Shown: positions 12,143 to 24,600, counted from the stretch's first letter. The stretch: 64,000 nt of DNA from Asterias rubens (GCF_902459465.1 NC_047067.1:19840001-19904000); one strand, 5' to 3'. Made by a program: numbers and translations. The notes: a model not told the origin generated them from the sequence alone.

Positions 12143-12610
12143 GATTGTTTTATTTAGACAGAGTTTTTGATCAAGCTCACACCAACTATACTAATTTTTT
12201 TCAGGAAAACTTGCGACTACAAAACAGACGAGAAGACATGGAAAAAACTAAGTAAATTTTCCAAGGAGAAGATATAGCTTTGTTTTCAGTTAAGGGCCGT
12301 GGTTACCCCTGTATGTGCCTTAACTTACCCCTGTTAGTAGGTTTATAAACAGGAGTTAGTAGACAAGTCTCGCTAGCTATTATTGGCGAGATTGGGGTTG
12401 TTCTCTCCTCTCACACGGCCCTTGTACTGATGACACGACAACCAAAACTCCACACACAAACCTCGCATGCCGGCCATCCAGCTGATCAGCCAAAAAGCAG
12501 TGACGTTGGACGAGTGTATCTCTAATACACTGTACATGATTCTGTACAATGTACATTGTATTACATTGTTAAAGTGGTTGATTCAGTTTCCTTATGCAAA
12601 TTCGTGGACA
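12143..12610 (-). promoter_or_regulatory. cyclin D 5' UTR and proximal promoter
   Basis: Directly upstream of the ATG. Contains TATA-like TTTATAAA (12343-12350), two minus-strand CCAAT boxes (~12382-12395), TGACGT (~12501) and octamer ATGCAAAT (12594-12601). The TSS cannot be determined from sequence. Confidence 0.55.
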
Positions 12611-13457
12611 GCCTAATGAATAAACATAGCTGTTGAGTTTTATCAGCCCCTTTTTCTCTGTGTTTAGAAATTACCCGTATAGAGAAGATAGTGTCTAAAG
12701 AATTATGGTAACGGATTTATGCAAGAGCCACCAATACCTTTTATTTTATGGCAGAGTGTTGGAATGGGGAGGGAGGGGGACTACGTGTGTAAGGGGGGGG
12801 GGGGAGTATGATAGTTGCAAAAACATGTCAATATAACAGCATTCTAACACTTTATAGGCCCCGTAATCACATACTATACTCTACAACAATTGAATGTACA
12901 TGTGAATTGTATTTAAACATGGAGGAAGGATATGACGTGTTTGACGAAAAGGGCCTAGTGCTTTGCAAAATTTTACAGAACATTACAAAGCAGAACTTGG
13001 CCACAGCTAAATCTGTCAACTAGTCAATTTTTAATAGACAATCATTTTGAATTTTTCTTGTTTTCCTCTTAGCAACCAGTCTCGCCACTTGTTTCGCATA
13101 CCAATACATATTTGTATACATTTTTTGCTGTGCTACGTGCGTGAAGCTGCTTGAAAAGCCACACAATGATGGTCCAATAGGGTCGTCCCCTACTGATCAG
13201 ACAAAACCCCAAAGCCAGCACCTGCTATAGCTGACCGGAATATGAGAGACGTGGCGAAAATGGCATTTTGTTCCTTTGTGTTCCTTTTCAACACAACGTG
13301 TACATGTGCAGCAGGGAAGGTACTGAACAGTGACGTGCATACCATAAACGTGTGAGCCAAATCACCAATCCAAAAACTAGCTTTACATGACACCATAATG
13401 CAAGCTGCACACACCAGGAGAAGGGGGCCCGCTAAAGGGATGTCCTGGTCCTCTCTG

Positions 13458-13615
13458 GGCTCAATTTCATGGAGCTGTTGAAAAAGCAGAACAAATTGCA
13501 TGACAATTTCTGCTTTTGGCAGAAATGAGCAGGATACACCAGTCGAAAATTGTATACGCGACATTTGGCTAATTATTCTAGTAAGCATAATTAATTAGCT
13601 CTGTGAAATTGGGCC
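13458..13615. mobile_element. GGCCCAATTTCA-type MITE with intact CTG target duplication
   Basis: ctg|GGCTCAATTTCATGGAGCT ... AGCTCTGTGAAATTGGGCC|ctg; TSD CTG at 13455-13457 and 13616-13618. Confidence 0.8.
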
Positions 13616-15482
13616 CTGTGTTAACAAGTCACAGTTAAAGTTACCCCCCTGCCCAGTTTACACTAGCTACATTCCAGCACATTAATGTTCACCACAAAGA
13701 TCACACACAGTGTCCCGGCAGCAGAGCAGGATTGTATTTTGTCTGCTGGCCTATTTAGATCAAGTTCCAGTCTCTGTCATTAGTGAAACATTATTCAGGG
13801 CGATTACATCAGTTAATAACACAACAAGTATCGAATGGTACCATGATGGTACTAAAACATCATGCAGTACCAGGGATCAGTATCAATGTTATGGGGCCAA
13901 CCATGTTACCGCAAAGTCAGTTGGGATTTTTTGCGAGATCGAATGTGCTGCTCGTGTTTGCACGAAACATGCAGCAACAGTGTTCCAGTACATTTAAACA
14001 CCCTTTTCTTCAAAACTTTGCTGACTTCCCCCCGGCCGATAAACGAGACAAAACGTATAAGAAAAGTTTATCTCTTTGAACATTTCTTTGTTAAATTTCC
14101 TACAAATCTCAATAAAAATTTGTTTAAAGGGCCTGCAACCAACACAGTAGGCCTACGAGAGCACTAAACAAGTAAATTTAATAAAATTAATTTGAATAAT
14201 ATTTAAAGAATAGCTGCATTTTTTCATTAAAAACGTTTAGCTTTTAGCTCTGAAATAAAAGAAGCCCTTTAAAATAATGTTGAGTTAATTTTAAGTGGAC
14301 TCGGACGTGACGTCACTAAAAGGCTCACAGTTACATATGAACAATGTGTATGCACTAGATCGCGTGTACATTATTGCAGAGGCTGTCGGCGCAAAGACAG
14401 TTTAGTAGTTGATGGTAGTTGCGAGGCAGAACTTGCTATTTATATCGCCTTTGAGTGGCGGACCCTGGCTCCTCCTACCTATCCTACCCACGACCATGGG
14501 GGCCCGGACTTCAAAACGAAACTGCCAACTATATACCCCCTTTTGCTGTTGTTAAAGTTATGAATATGTATTATTTGTCCCGAACACACTCCCTGATAAT
14601 GTTGAACGGGTAATACTCAATCTTGGACCAGTTTCTTTGTTGAGCTGCAGGTTTATCATAGGTTTGTATACACGAGCCCCTGCTCAGTAGTTCTTCCACT
14701 GGTATCTGCTACAGTGGAATGCGTCAGTCTGATGATAATTACGTCACGTCACGTGTGCTTATAGAGAGGCATACCTCCACTTGCGTCACGCAATTGATCG
14801 AGTGTCACGGATATATCATCTCAGGCCACGTTGGTAAAGCTATTAGTTCCACAGCCACGGAATAAAAATTGAAGTCCCAGAAGCAATGAATGACAAAAAG
14901 GGTCACGAACTAAAAAGAGTGAAATAATGTCATTCCCAGACGAGGCGCGGCAATCGCTGCCAAAAAGTATGTTTGGTCGAGTCATTAATGTTTGCACTAC
15001 GCTGCAGAGAACAAGGTGTAAAAGTCACAGAAACTGTAGTTTCCCGCAATGTTGTTTTAAAGTTTTCTGGGCCTGCACCGAGTGTTTCCATTGGCCATTT
15101 ACAGTGGTGCGATCTGATTGGTGTTCCGCCAGTGACGTCAGCAACAATAGAGCTTGTCCACGCTGCAACGCATGCCTTGTGCTACCGCCGCCATCTTGGT
15201 CATGATAATTCATTGTATCAGATAAGATTGCTTGAATTGGGCAAACTATTTCTACTTGCAGCCTTTATGTTACATTGAATTGAAGAAAATCAAGGCGGAT
15301 ACCTCCATGATAAACGTATTTAACAAATACCCGCATTTTTAATGGAAAAAGTTTAGTTCACCATTCCCCCCTGCGAAAGAGTACCCGCCTTTCACCCCCT
15401 CCCCAACCATCAAAACGAAAACCAATTTGACGAAACCATACGATACTATCCCTCAAGCTTTATACATTAAGCTACAGTCCAG

Positions 15483-15530
15483 ATTTCCCCTGAAGACGAG
15501 TAGAGTTACTGTTCGAAGCGTCGAGGATCA
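15483..15530 (+). ncRNA. hammerhead-ribozyme-like motif (Penelope-like terminal repeat relic), one core substitution
   Basis: CTGAAGA (15490-15496), C, GAGTAG/CTGTTC helix II, GAAGC (GAAAC expected), GTC, GAG; helix I imperfect. Confidence 0.45.
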
Positions 15531-18500
15531 CACTGGATGTTCTCAGAGCCACGCTCGTCCAAAACAGTCCGTTTAAAAGAAGCTGGAAAGCGCATGGCAA
15601 AAAGACCGGCACCCCTTGAGAAATGGGGTCAGTGACTTTTAATCAGTCATTAATAAAGATCAACACATACACATGGAAGGATCTTGAATAGGTTTAAGAG
15701 TGTCTATAGGACATGTTATTTTCTTCATTTACCTCTGTGGTTTAATCGGCAGAAAATTGAGTTCCAAGATAATAATGTGCAACGCAGAGATTTAGAGAAG
15801 AAATACTTCGATGACCAGCAACCACTGATGCGCAAGTTGCTTTGGTACGAAATACGTCATCATAGTCTGGCTTCCCTCCGTGCTATATGCTTCATATTGT
15901 ACAGCACAATACATTTTTGTACGGTACAATACATTACTGTACAGTACATTGATCCCCATTAATCTGTATTGATCCGCTGCTGTCCGTTCCAATGTAACTG
16001 TTGTTTTATCGGAGTTAGTGGCCGGCGCATTGCTTGCATTCCATTATTACATGGCTAAAATAAAATGACCTTGTACAATATTGGAACTCTCCAGCCCCTG
16101 TCTATTGTAAAGTGGCGTTAAAAAGCGTACACCCTTTGGAAACTGGGAAAAGGTGCTAAATCTGAGACCACCCGACACCAGGCGTGGTTTTGGTTTGGCA
16201 TGGTTCGTGGAATGACGAACTGGTATCCAGAGAGGCCCATGCCGTATAGGCCTCAAAGAAGCGACCTGGATAAACTTTACAATGCCAAAACTAAGTGCAG
16301 AATAATCCTTGCTGACAAAAAGTATCTGTTTCAAAGGATGGGAAAATATTGTCGAATACACGATACAACACATTGTTGTTCCATTTACGGAGATGTCTGA
16401 TTCTGAAACGTTGGTCCAGACGGGAAAGTCTAAAAATTAAGCGAAATTATTTTATTATATTAGTTCTCGAAGACTGACAGGCTGGTGGGTGCAAAAAAGA
16501 GGGATCACTGTCGTGTGGTGGCAAGTGCTTTTATAGTCCGGGGATGGATGGTGGGGGGGGGGGGGGGGGGGGGGCGAATGAAAATCCATCTCGCGTTAAA
16601 ATTTCCATAACAGGATCAGACCAAGGGGAACGAGTAATGCGGCAACATACAAAAAGGTCACTTGTTCACCTCTGACCCCGTACACTCATTTACACCTTTA
16701 TACGACTGGTAAACAGAGATATCGGGCTTTTATAAAACGGCCCCATGGAAAACCACTTTGTGCTTTTCCAAATTAGATATTTCCTGTGAGGATTGGGAGG
16801 CGACAAGACGAAACAGACATCAGCTGTTTGGGGGTCATCGCCTTATGGATTCGACGACTGTTTGTGTGCTCTTACTTTTTCACGATTTGGAAATTTTTAA
16901 GGTTATCATGTCAAATCAGTTTAATATCTTGCACTGCGATCATTGCAGAAAATTCTGTTAAAAATGAACGAATGGAGAGAATAGAGAGCTTGAAGTAAAA
17001 CATGAAAATATAAATTTCTTTAGTCAAAACCTCATGTGATTCATCGAAACGCGATTTTATTCCAACAGCAGAACACTAAGACAGGTATCAATTTGCTTTG
17101 CACTTTTTTACGAATATTAATCGTTGTGTTTTAATAGTTGTTTACGATTTTAGTTATCATATTTTTATCGGTCTTGTTTTCAGTCTCTACCCCCCCCCCT
17201 ATCTTGGTAAATGTTCTTGACAAAGGTCTTCACTTCAGTCGGCAGCCTTTGTTCTATTATCGAGCAACATTCTCCTCCGTGTTTTACCCAATCTTGTCAA
17301 ATAAACAAGTCTTCCTCTATCACGTTGTCAATAATATTAGTAATTGGCGGCACCCAACCTCTTTAAAAAAAAAACCCCACCTCTTACACACAACATGGAA
17401 CAGTTGAAGACGCAATATTTCGGGGCTGCAGTTATGCAGGCTGCGCTTAGCGAATTCCAAGACAATTTCCTGGTCAATTCCCACGCTGTAAGAACTATGG
17501 AAGTCCCCGTTTCCTGGCGGGACTTTAAAGAGGGATAGCTGGTGTCAGTGTTTGACCTTCTTATGGCAAGGTCACAATGATGATTCAAGAGGTCCAGTGG
17601 CTGATTGAGTACATTTCCTTCTTCAGGATAGTTTAAAGAGAGATGTTGTAAGAAATGGATTCTGACGATTCTTCTTATTATTTCTTATAGAAAAGTCTTT
17701 TAGATAAGTATTTTCCTAGCTCTACCACGAGGGAAAGACTGCTAGTTTATAGTACCATGGTGTTTTCCTTATTTATGGAGTCCCTTTCATTCAGTTTCAT
17801 AAGTTACTTGTTTGCCTTCTCTTCAAGACGGCCTCAGTGAGGCACTGTGCCATCAAAGAAGGAGTATCAATCATACCAACACCCTTATCCTGCCTCAATA
17901 TTAATTTTTATAAGAGAAACTGTGATGAAATTTGCAATCCTTGAACAGAACAGCCAACCCCAAACTAGCATAGTTTATTTGAGCATTTTGAGAACATTCT
18001 AAACCATGCACAGACCCTCACACAAGGTGAGCCAAAACTTGTGCCACAACCTTTTATAAGCTTAATCACAATCATGCTCATCCGGCCCAAGGCAATAATG
18101 CACAAAAAACTGTGATGAAGTTTGCAATCATTGAACAGAACTGTGAATCCTGAACCATCATAGTTTAATTGAGGCCATTTTGGACCATAAGGAGTTCCAT
18201 CAAATACTTTCTACATTTTTTATATTCTATTTTCTTCCTCCATGCATCAAAATAAGGAGAGCTGCCCACACCATAGAGAAGTCGCCACTCGTGGTATCTT
18301 TTGGGAGAAAAGGTGTAGCCACGCCGCGGCGTGCGTTGGCACGTGGGCACGAGGGGAAATGGGCGTTCCTGTCTTTTGTGTAATACGAGTTGATGATGAC
18401 GAAACGGCCACATCAGACGATACACCGCTTGCGGGGGAAACAATGTAAAAGGGTGGTTTTGGTTTTTTGAGAGACTGACAGATTAATACCAAACAATGAA

Positions 18501-18641
18501 GACTCGTGGAGAAGGCCTGAGGGTTAGAGAAGATATACATCGGTATATAAAAAACAGCTGCGCATGGGGCCAGGACAGGAAACGATGTGCTTGATATTAT
18601 TATAGGAGAAAATACAAGCTTTTTGGTGTAAATGTTGGCAT

Positions 18642-18728
18642 TCCAAATGGTGAAGGCTATGGACTGGAATACCGTATACGGATGTCCAAATGGTGAAGGC
18701 TATGGACTTGAATACCGTACACGGATGT
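18642..18728. repeat. 43-bp tandem duplication
   Basis: TCCAAATGGTGAAGGCTATGGAC at 18642 and 18685; 2 substitutions between units. Confidence 0.9.
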
Positions 18729-21700
18729 GTCCACCATACCAAAGTGGCTGATGGACCGGTCATTTACAGCTCAATACCATACGTATTTATACATCTTCGC
18801 AAATCTGGACGATCGTTATTAAGCTATATGCATTTTTGTTGAAACCTATGGTGGTCAATTTCAGACAGCATAGGGCTGATTACGACGTCAGCCAAAGATT
18901 AGTTAAAATCCAAAGATTTATTTATGTTTATTAATCATTCTGTAAACAACAACATCAACAGCATCCAAACAAAAAACACACAAACACAAACACATGAGAA
19001 ATTGGCTCTTTCGGTATAAAGGCATCATCACAACAATTGCGACGCTCCAAACTCGGAGCAAAATGTGAGATGAAACATCGTTTCTATTTAAAATGGATCG
19101 TCAGAGTTTCCTAAAGATGTACACACAAACATTCCAAACCAATTTCATGTGTTTTTGTTTTAACAAAACACCACAAAGCCACACGCAAATTTTTACTTCA
19201 TACTCTTGATATAGCCACACATCCTGCATTTAAACTAAAATCTCCCGCTGAACACCTCACAGTCACGGTATAGTTCAAACCCGGACAATGTTCCCCCGTT
19301 GTCCGCGATAAACCCCACTGAATTCCCTCCCCAACTTCGTCCATGCTCAAAGGAAACATCACGGTAAACTGACTGAAGCGTGTAACTCAACCCTCGGGCT
19401 GGAGATCATAGCCCCGGGCTGAACTTCACGACTTTCAGGGTTCCGGTCACTTTCCAAGAAACTACAATTGCCTCGGGTATTAATATGTCTAGTTTCATTG
19501 GTGGGTATAAATACTTCACACTCAGTCATGGGTTATGATACCAATGCACTTGATCTAGGTTTGATCAATGTACAAATTAATTTCGCTGCATGACCGGAAG
19601 TATTGGGATAAAGAGTTGAGGGGGGGGGGGGGGGGCAAACTTCAGCGGATAGCTTTGTGGTCATTGCTCTGTGGTGTTTCTGACCACGGAGGCTGACCAA
19701 CCCACCCCAGCCCCGCCCTAGAAGAATCAGAGTGCATTCAGCCATCTGTTGATTCAGCTAAATTAGTTAGCAGCGATGACACACTAACATTTTATGGATA
19801 CGAGCAGGCAGTTCAGGAAGGCAACTAAGACAATTGTCCCCATAGCCCCTAATCATTGCCTTTGCCCGTGCGATGCCCCAGTAGAAAATTTACAATTTCC
19901 GCATTGGGTGCCCTTACTGGAGAAATTGTCTTGCTGCCATTGCCCTCTAAAAACGACGCATTCCTGCACAAGGTGTACCAAAGGGGCCCTTCTTGTCAAT
20001 TAAAAGTTCAGTTTCCGTTTCTCATATAAAGCTCGTTTCTGCGCACTTGTGCCAATTAAAAGATAATCTGGCACGAGTGAACACTAAAACATTGTTTGCT
20101 TGTACATTGCACAATCTACATAGTATGGAGAACGAAATCAAATTCTTACTTGTTCTTTTACATGTTGTTCCATAAAACATGAAAGTGATGATAATTCTTC
20201 AAATTCGGTCCTTTCAAATTGCTATATATTTTGTGTAAAACGAGATATAAATAGGCGAGTTTCCCACTAGATAAATTGCGGTTAGCTGTCCACTGTTTGC
20301 CCGGAGTGTATTTAGCCACCTTCACGCTGTGTTCACATCCGAAATGAACCACCTCCCCTCATTCCTTTCGCGGGTATTGTTTACATGCTGTCGTTGACAC
20401 CTTCGGCAACTATTTGAAGTTTCTGAGGGAATTATGGTTTCTGAGTAGCGGCTACCTCCATGGTTAAACAGAGCCGAATTAAAACATCCCAAATACACAC
20501 GAATAAACATTTATCATGATGACATAATCATTAACACTTTTAATTGTCACATTGGAGCAACATGATAATGAAGCGGCGTGATCTCATTCAATGTTGCATG
20601 TGGCCAACGAATATTGAAAGGAACACCAAACAACAGGTTGCAGTCGTCAGTTTGTAATCGGCAAGCTTCAGAAGTTGTTCACCGGGCTTGGTGGTCCATA
20701 AACCCGGCCGTAGGTGTCAGATCCGTGAGGTCAATGCCACGGCCGAAGTAACACGTCTGTCAGCCCATGAAGGCTATAGGCTTGCCTTCCATGGTAAACC
20801 CTGAGCTTAAAACGGGGTCAAAAATATCATCTGGTCCTTGCTCTATGATAATGCTGGTGATTACTCTTTTACAGCCACTGGGGTCACCGATAGTTAAACG
20901 ATCCCGAGTGTATCAAATCTGAAATCTTATACTCAGTCCAAAAAGAAATGAACAATAAAACAAAATGCGCATAATGGTAATTCTTAAAGAAGAACTAATT
21001 TTAAAGGTCAGTGGACCTTCATGGTTTGGTAATCTCGATTAAAAGGTACCATTATAGCCGAACCGAGGCTAGAAGAAAATAGTCTTGTTCCTTGTTTGTG
21101 CAATGAACACGAGCAGTGGTCAATGCTACATGCATACAGGGAACACGACCAAGATGGCGGAAGCAAGTTAAGATATCAAGGATATTCCTTCAAGTCCATT
21201 GGTGGATGCATTTTGAACGTGAAGAAAAAAGTTGCTACTCACTAACAATGGACTAATCCATTTCGGCAATATTCAACTCAAATTCCTCAAGCTCTATAGG
21301 TGTCCATTGGTGCTATTTATAAAATATTTTGATAAAAGTCACTCCAATATTGTGACACCTTTTGCCCTTGGGAGGTTTTGAAATGGGAAATTACGGAAGA
21401 TCGGCGCTGCGGAAAAACAGAACAAAGTTGATTGTGCCTCGCTGGTGTATTATTCAATCACGATACAACCATTTTGGGAAGGAATTTGTTCACCATGTTA
21501 CAACGAAGGATTGAATTTGAAGTTGGCTGGACGCTATAGGGGAAGCCTGAATGAATTTCCCGAAGTACTATATTGAAAACATTTTTTATGTATCTTTAGC
21601 AGTGGCATAGCCGGATGGGGGCCACACTCTAATTGGCCCAACGCCCTCCCAAACCGAAGTTCTGATTTGAAGAAAGTCAGTTTCGGTTTAATAGTATTAC

Positions 21701-21736
21701 ATTTTGTCTTCTCTCGACCCACCGTCATCTAAACAC

Positions 21737-21878
21737 TTCGGTTCCACCCCTATGTTCCGACACCCCTCCCCTATCAGACAATTTTCAGAATCCTAACAGT
21801 ATAATATAGCAACAAAATCAGTGGGAGTTTTCGGAACATGGTTGTCGGAACATGGGTGTCGGCAAAAGAACAGTCACC
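21737..21878. mobile_element. small TIR element with TGTTCCGACA / TGTCGGAACA subterminal repeats
   Basis: TATGTTCCGACACCC on the left; TTTCGGAACATGG, TGTCGGAACATGG, GTGTCGG on the right; a second copy lies at 62643-62796. Confidence 0.55.
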
Positions 21879-23406
21879 ATAGAACCTGAACAACTTCCAA
21901 CCGAACAATGCAATTCACGAATTGCATGAAACAAAGTGGTTCTCCATCCAAGTACATTATAAAGGATTCAACACACGTGAATTCCATGAACATTATCCGA
22001 AAACAACACGAAATGACTATAAAACATTATTTGCACTGGACAAAGTTCAAAGACGTTTCATTCCTTTGATAATTGTGTCTCTTCGGGACGTATCCATGGC
22101 CCATTATCTCTCATAAAAATACATAATAAAGAACACAGTGAGACAAGTTGTATGCTGGGTCATCTTGGGCCATCTTTTTATAGTCTGACTGTTGCGCCAC
22201 ACACGACTGAGAATGTTCACGTACAACATGCAGGGACATGTTTCCATGTGGCGGGAATGTTATCGTTCAGAGTGTTTGCCAAAAAAGTACGTCGACTAAA
22301 AGTAAAAATGACAACCAAGGTGCGGCCGCATGCAAGTATTCAAACCCTTGCGAAACGTTCGCAGCGCAAAAAGGGCTGTGACGTCAAAATTCGCTTTGCA
22401 GGAAGATATTAACAGGGCATGGGGCTTCAGCACTACTTACGAACAACCCTGAATTAGAAAGCCCCTATGATCAAACCATGGCAGAATGACCAATACGCGA
22501 TCAGTTTAAACCACAACATCGCACCAATTACAACTTGGATACCAAGCAATATCAAAATGAAAGAAATTGATAAAGTAATTTAATCTGTGAGGATGTACTA
22601 GTTATGATAAACTTATACTCTTCAATACACATCGAGTGGTTTTTATTGGTGCTGTAATTGTCACTGATAGATATCATGTGCTTTCTCAAATTAGTTTTGT
22701 GCCGAGAAACTTCTGTCCTTACACGATATCTTTATACCAACTATTCAAGGTTCTGACTTAATTCAAGCGAAGTGGTTTGCCACCTGCAAGATATTGCATT
22801 CTTAGCAATGAAATAACATCCGGGTTTGACCACGTGGTAGGTCCCTGGATTCAAAAGCTCTCGGGGCAATGCTATGACGTCAGTTGAAAAAAAAGTCCTT
22901 AAATATTAAAGTAATTTTTGGGTGATTAGTTTTTCATCATTTTTTTGAGAGTGATGATCGATCTTTGGGGTCAACAGGAAAAACTTGTGTATTTTTTATT
23001 CAATGTAGGCCAACATGTTGGCCTACATTACTACGTGTGAACAAAGTCGGGAAGGAGGTTGTGTTGCAATGGCTTCTATTCTTCCTCCATGCTTGGAGCA
23101 AACACACTGCAGATCTATGTGTGTGCATGGATGGGGGTAGTCTGAACACAGTCAGTGCATGGTCAGTGTCAAACAGACCAGACCACAGAGCAAGTCAGAC
23201 CATGGTCATACCATGGAGGAATACCTCCATGGTCAGGTTGGTGACAGGGGACAAGTGCTCGATACCGATATGGAAACCATAATTTGGGCGTCCTGGGAGG
23301 GATAGTGGTGGTGGGATCGGGGGAGGGTTATGGATTTGGGGACGTGCCAACTTGCTCCCCGTCGGAGCATGTAAACCAAAAGGAGTTGTCGTTACAGGGT
23401 ACCAAC

Positions 23407-23729
23407 CAGTGACGTAACTAACCCCGTAACTAACCCCGGCGCAATGTCCGTGCCCCCGGGTGCACCCATTTGACATTTTGACTATAGAGATACAAAATAC
23501 ATAATGTTTTATACGGTTTTGTGTCAAATCAACGTTTTTCAAAATTACATTTTTTTTATACACAAAAATACACGCAATTTTACATGTTGGCCTACATTGA
23601 ATAAAAATGGTAGACAGCATTAACACTAAGAGGATTATTTAAGAAAATGCACTACGGAAACAACAACTTTAATTGACCAGTATGGTGCACCCCCTGTGAC
23701 CCGTGGTAACTACCCTAGTTTCGCCGCTG
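23407..23729. mobile_element. hAT-like MITE (CAG...CTG termini)
   Basis: TIRs CAGTGACGTAACTA / TAGTTTCGCCGCTG; subterminal GGTGCACCC at both ends; 8-bp flanks GTACCAAC vs GAACAAGC match 5/8. Confidence 0.5.
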
Positions 23730-23916
23730 GAACAAGCGACAAAATGGTCAGTGAAGAAAAAACCCTTATTCATTGAATGTTTCAGTCAAGATAGACGGCG
23801 AACACGCACGCGCCCATTGTTCTTATAACTTCCGGAAATAGTTGACGAACAAAAGAACTCATTTCGTCCGTGCAAAATAAGATTCTAAAAAAAGTAAAGA
23901 AATGTGCCAAATTTAA

Positions 23917-24284
23917 AGGCTCTGGACACTCTTGGTAATTACTCATGTTAGCATAACCATAACTCCATGGCATAACTTACTTGGTTGAGAGCAATGGAGA
24001 TTTGTTGCTAGTATGAATGAAACATTGTGAGAAACAGCTCTTCTGAATGAAGTAAAGTAACGAAGTTTTTGAGAAAGAGGTAACTTCTCACTCAAGTATT
24101 AAAAAACTTCGGCCCTGAAGACTCTTAATTAGGCATTGAAAGCACACAACGTGTGCAACATGTTTGTTTTCTTTCATTATTCTCTTGCAACCTCGATGTC
24201 AAATTTTTCACAGATTATTTTGCTAAACATTTTTTAGGCATAAATGTTGGGATACACAAAGTGGACAAAAGGTGTCCAGTGCCT
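23917..24284. mobile_element. Kolobok-like TTAA MITE, same family as 50113-50489, opposite orientation
   Basis: ttaa|AGGCTCTGGACACTCTTGGTAATTACTCA ... GGTGTCCAGTGCCT|ttag; internal reverse homology to the 50 kb copy. Confidence 0.75.
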
Positions 24285-24600
24285 TTAGTTCTAAGAGAAT
24301 TCCAATAAAAATATACCCAAAAGTATAAATCTCCGTTTACGGATGCTGTGACTATTTCGGGATGAGGAAACGACCAATCATGCGGATCATAATTCTTATA
24401 AAAACGTTGGTGCCATTTATCAGTCGTTGCAGACCACAAAATCAGGGTTCTTTTTAAAGGATTCTACGGATAAAACAATTTTGTATCTGCGGGTGACAAA
24501 CAATTTCCGGGTGTCTGGCGTTGATGTACAAATAAAACTTTAGACTGTTAGGCTTATATAAAAAATTATTGGCAGCGACAAGGGGACAGTCAAAGTGCAG

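Noticed and set aside
12545-12560. Perfect 16-bp palindrome TACAATGTACATTGTA as a paired Sox site
   Set aside because: GTAC/TACA-rich micro-repeats are frequent throughout this window (e.g. 15890-15950), so the palindrome alone is weak evidence.
13190-13588. 132-aa ORF on the minus strand upstream of cyclin D
   Set aside because: Starts inside a MITE, has no domain resemblance and shows no coding-like composition.
18165-18443. Arg-rich 92-aa ORF considered as a Harbinger transposase N-terminus
   Set aside because: Lacks the recognisable conserved motifs and has no continuation or flanking TIRs.
23195-23626. 143-aa ORF, the longest in the track
   Set aside because: Spans MITE and palindrome sequence with no recognisable motif.
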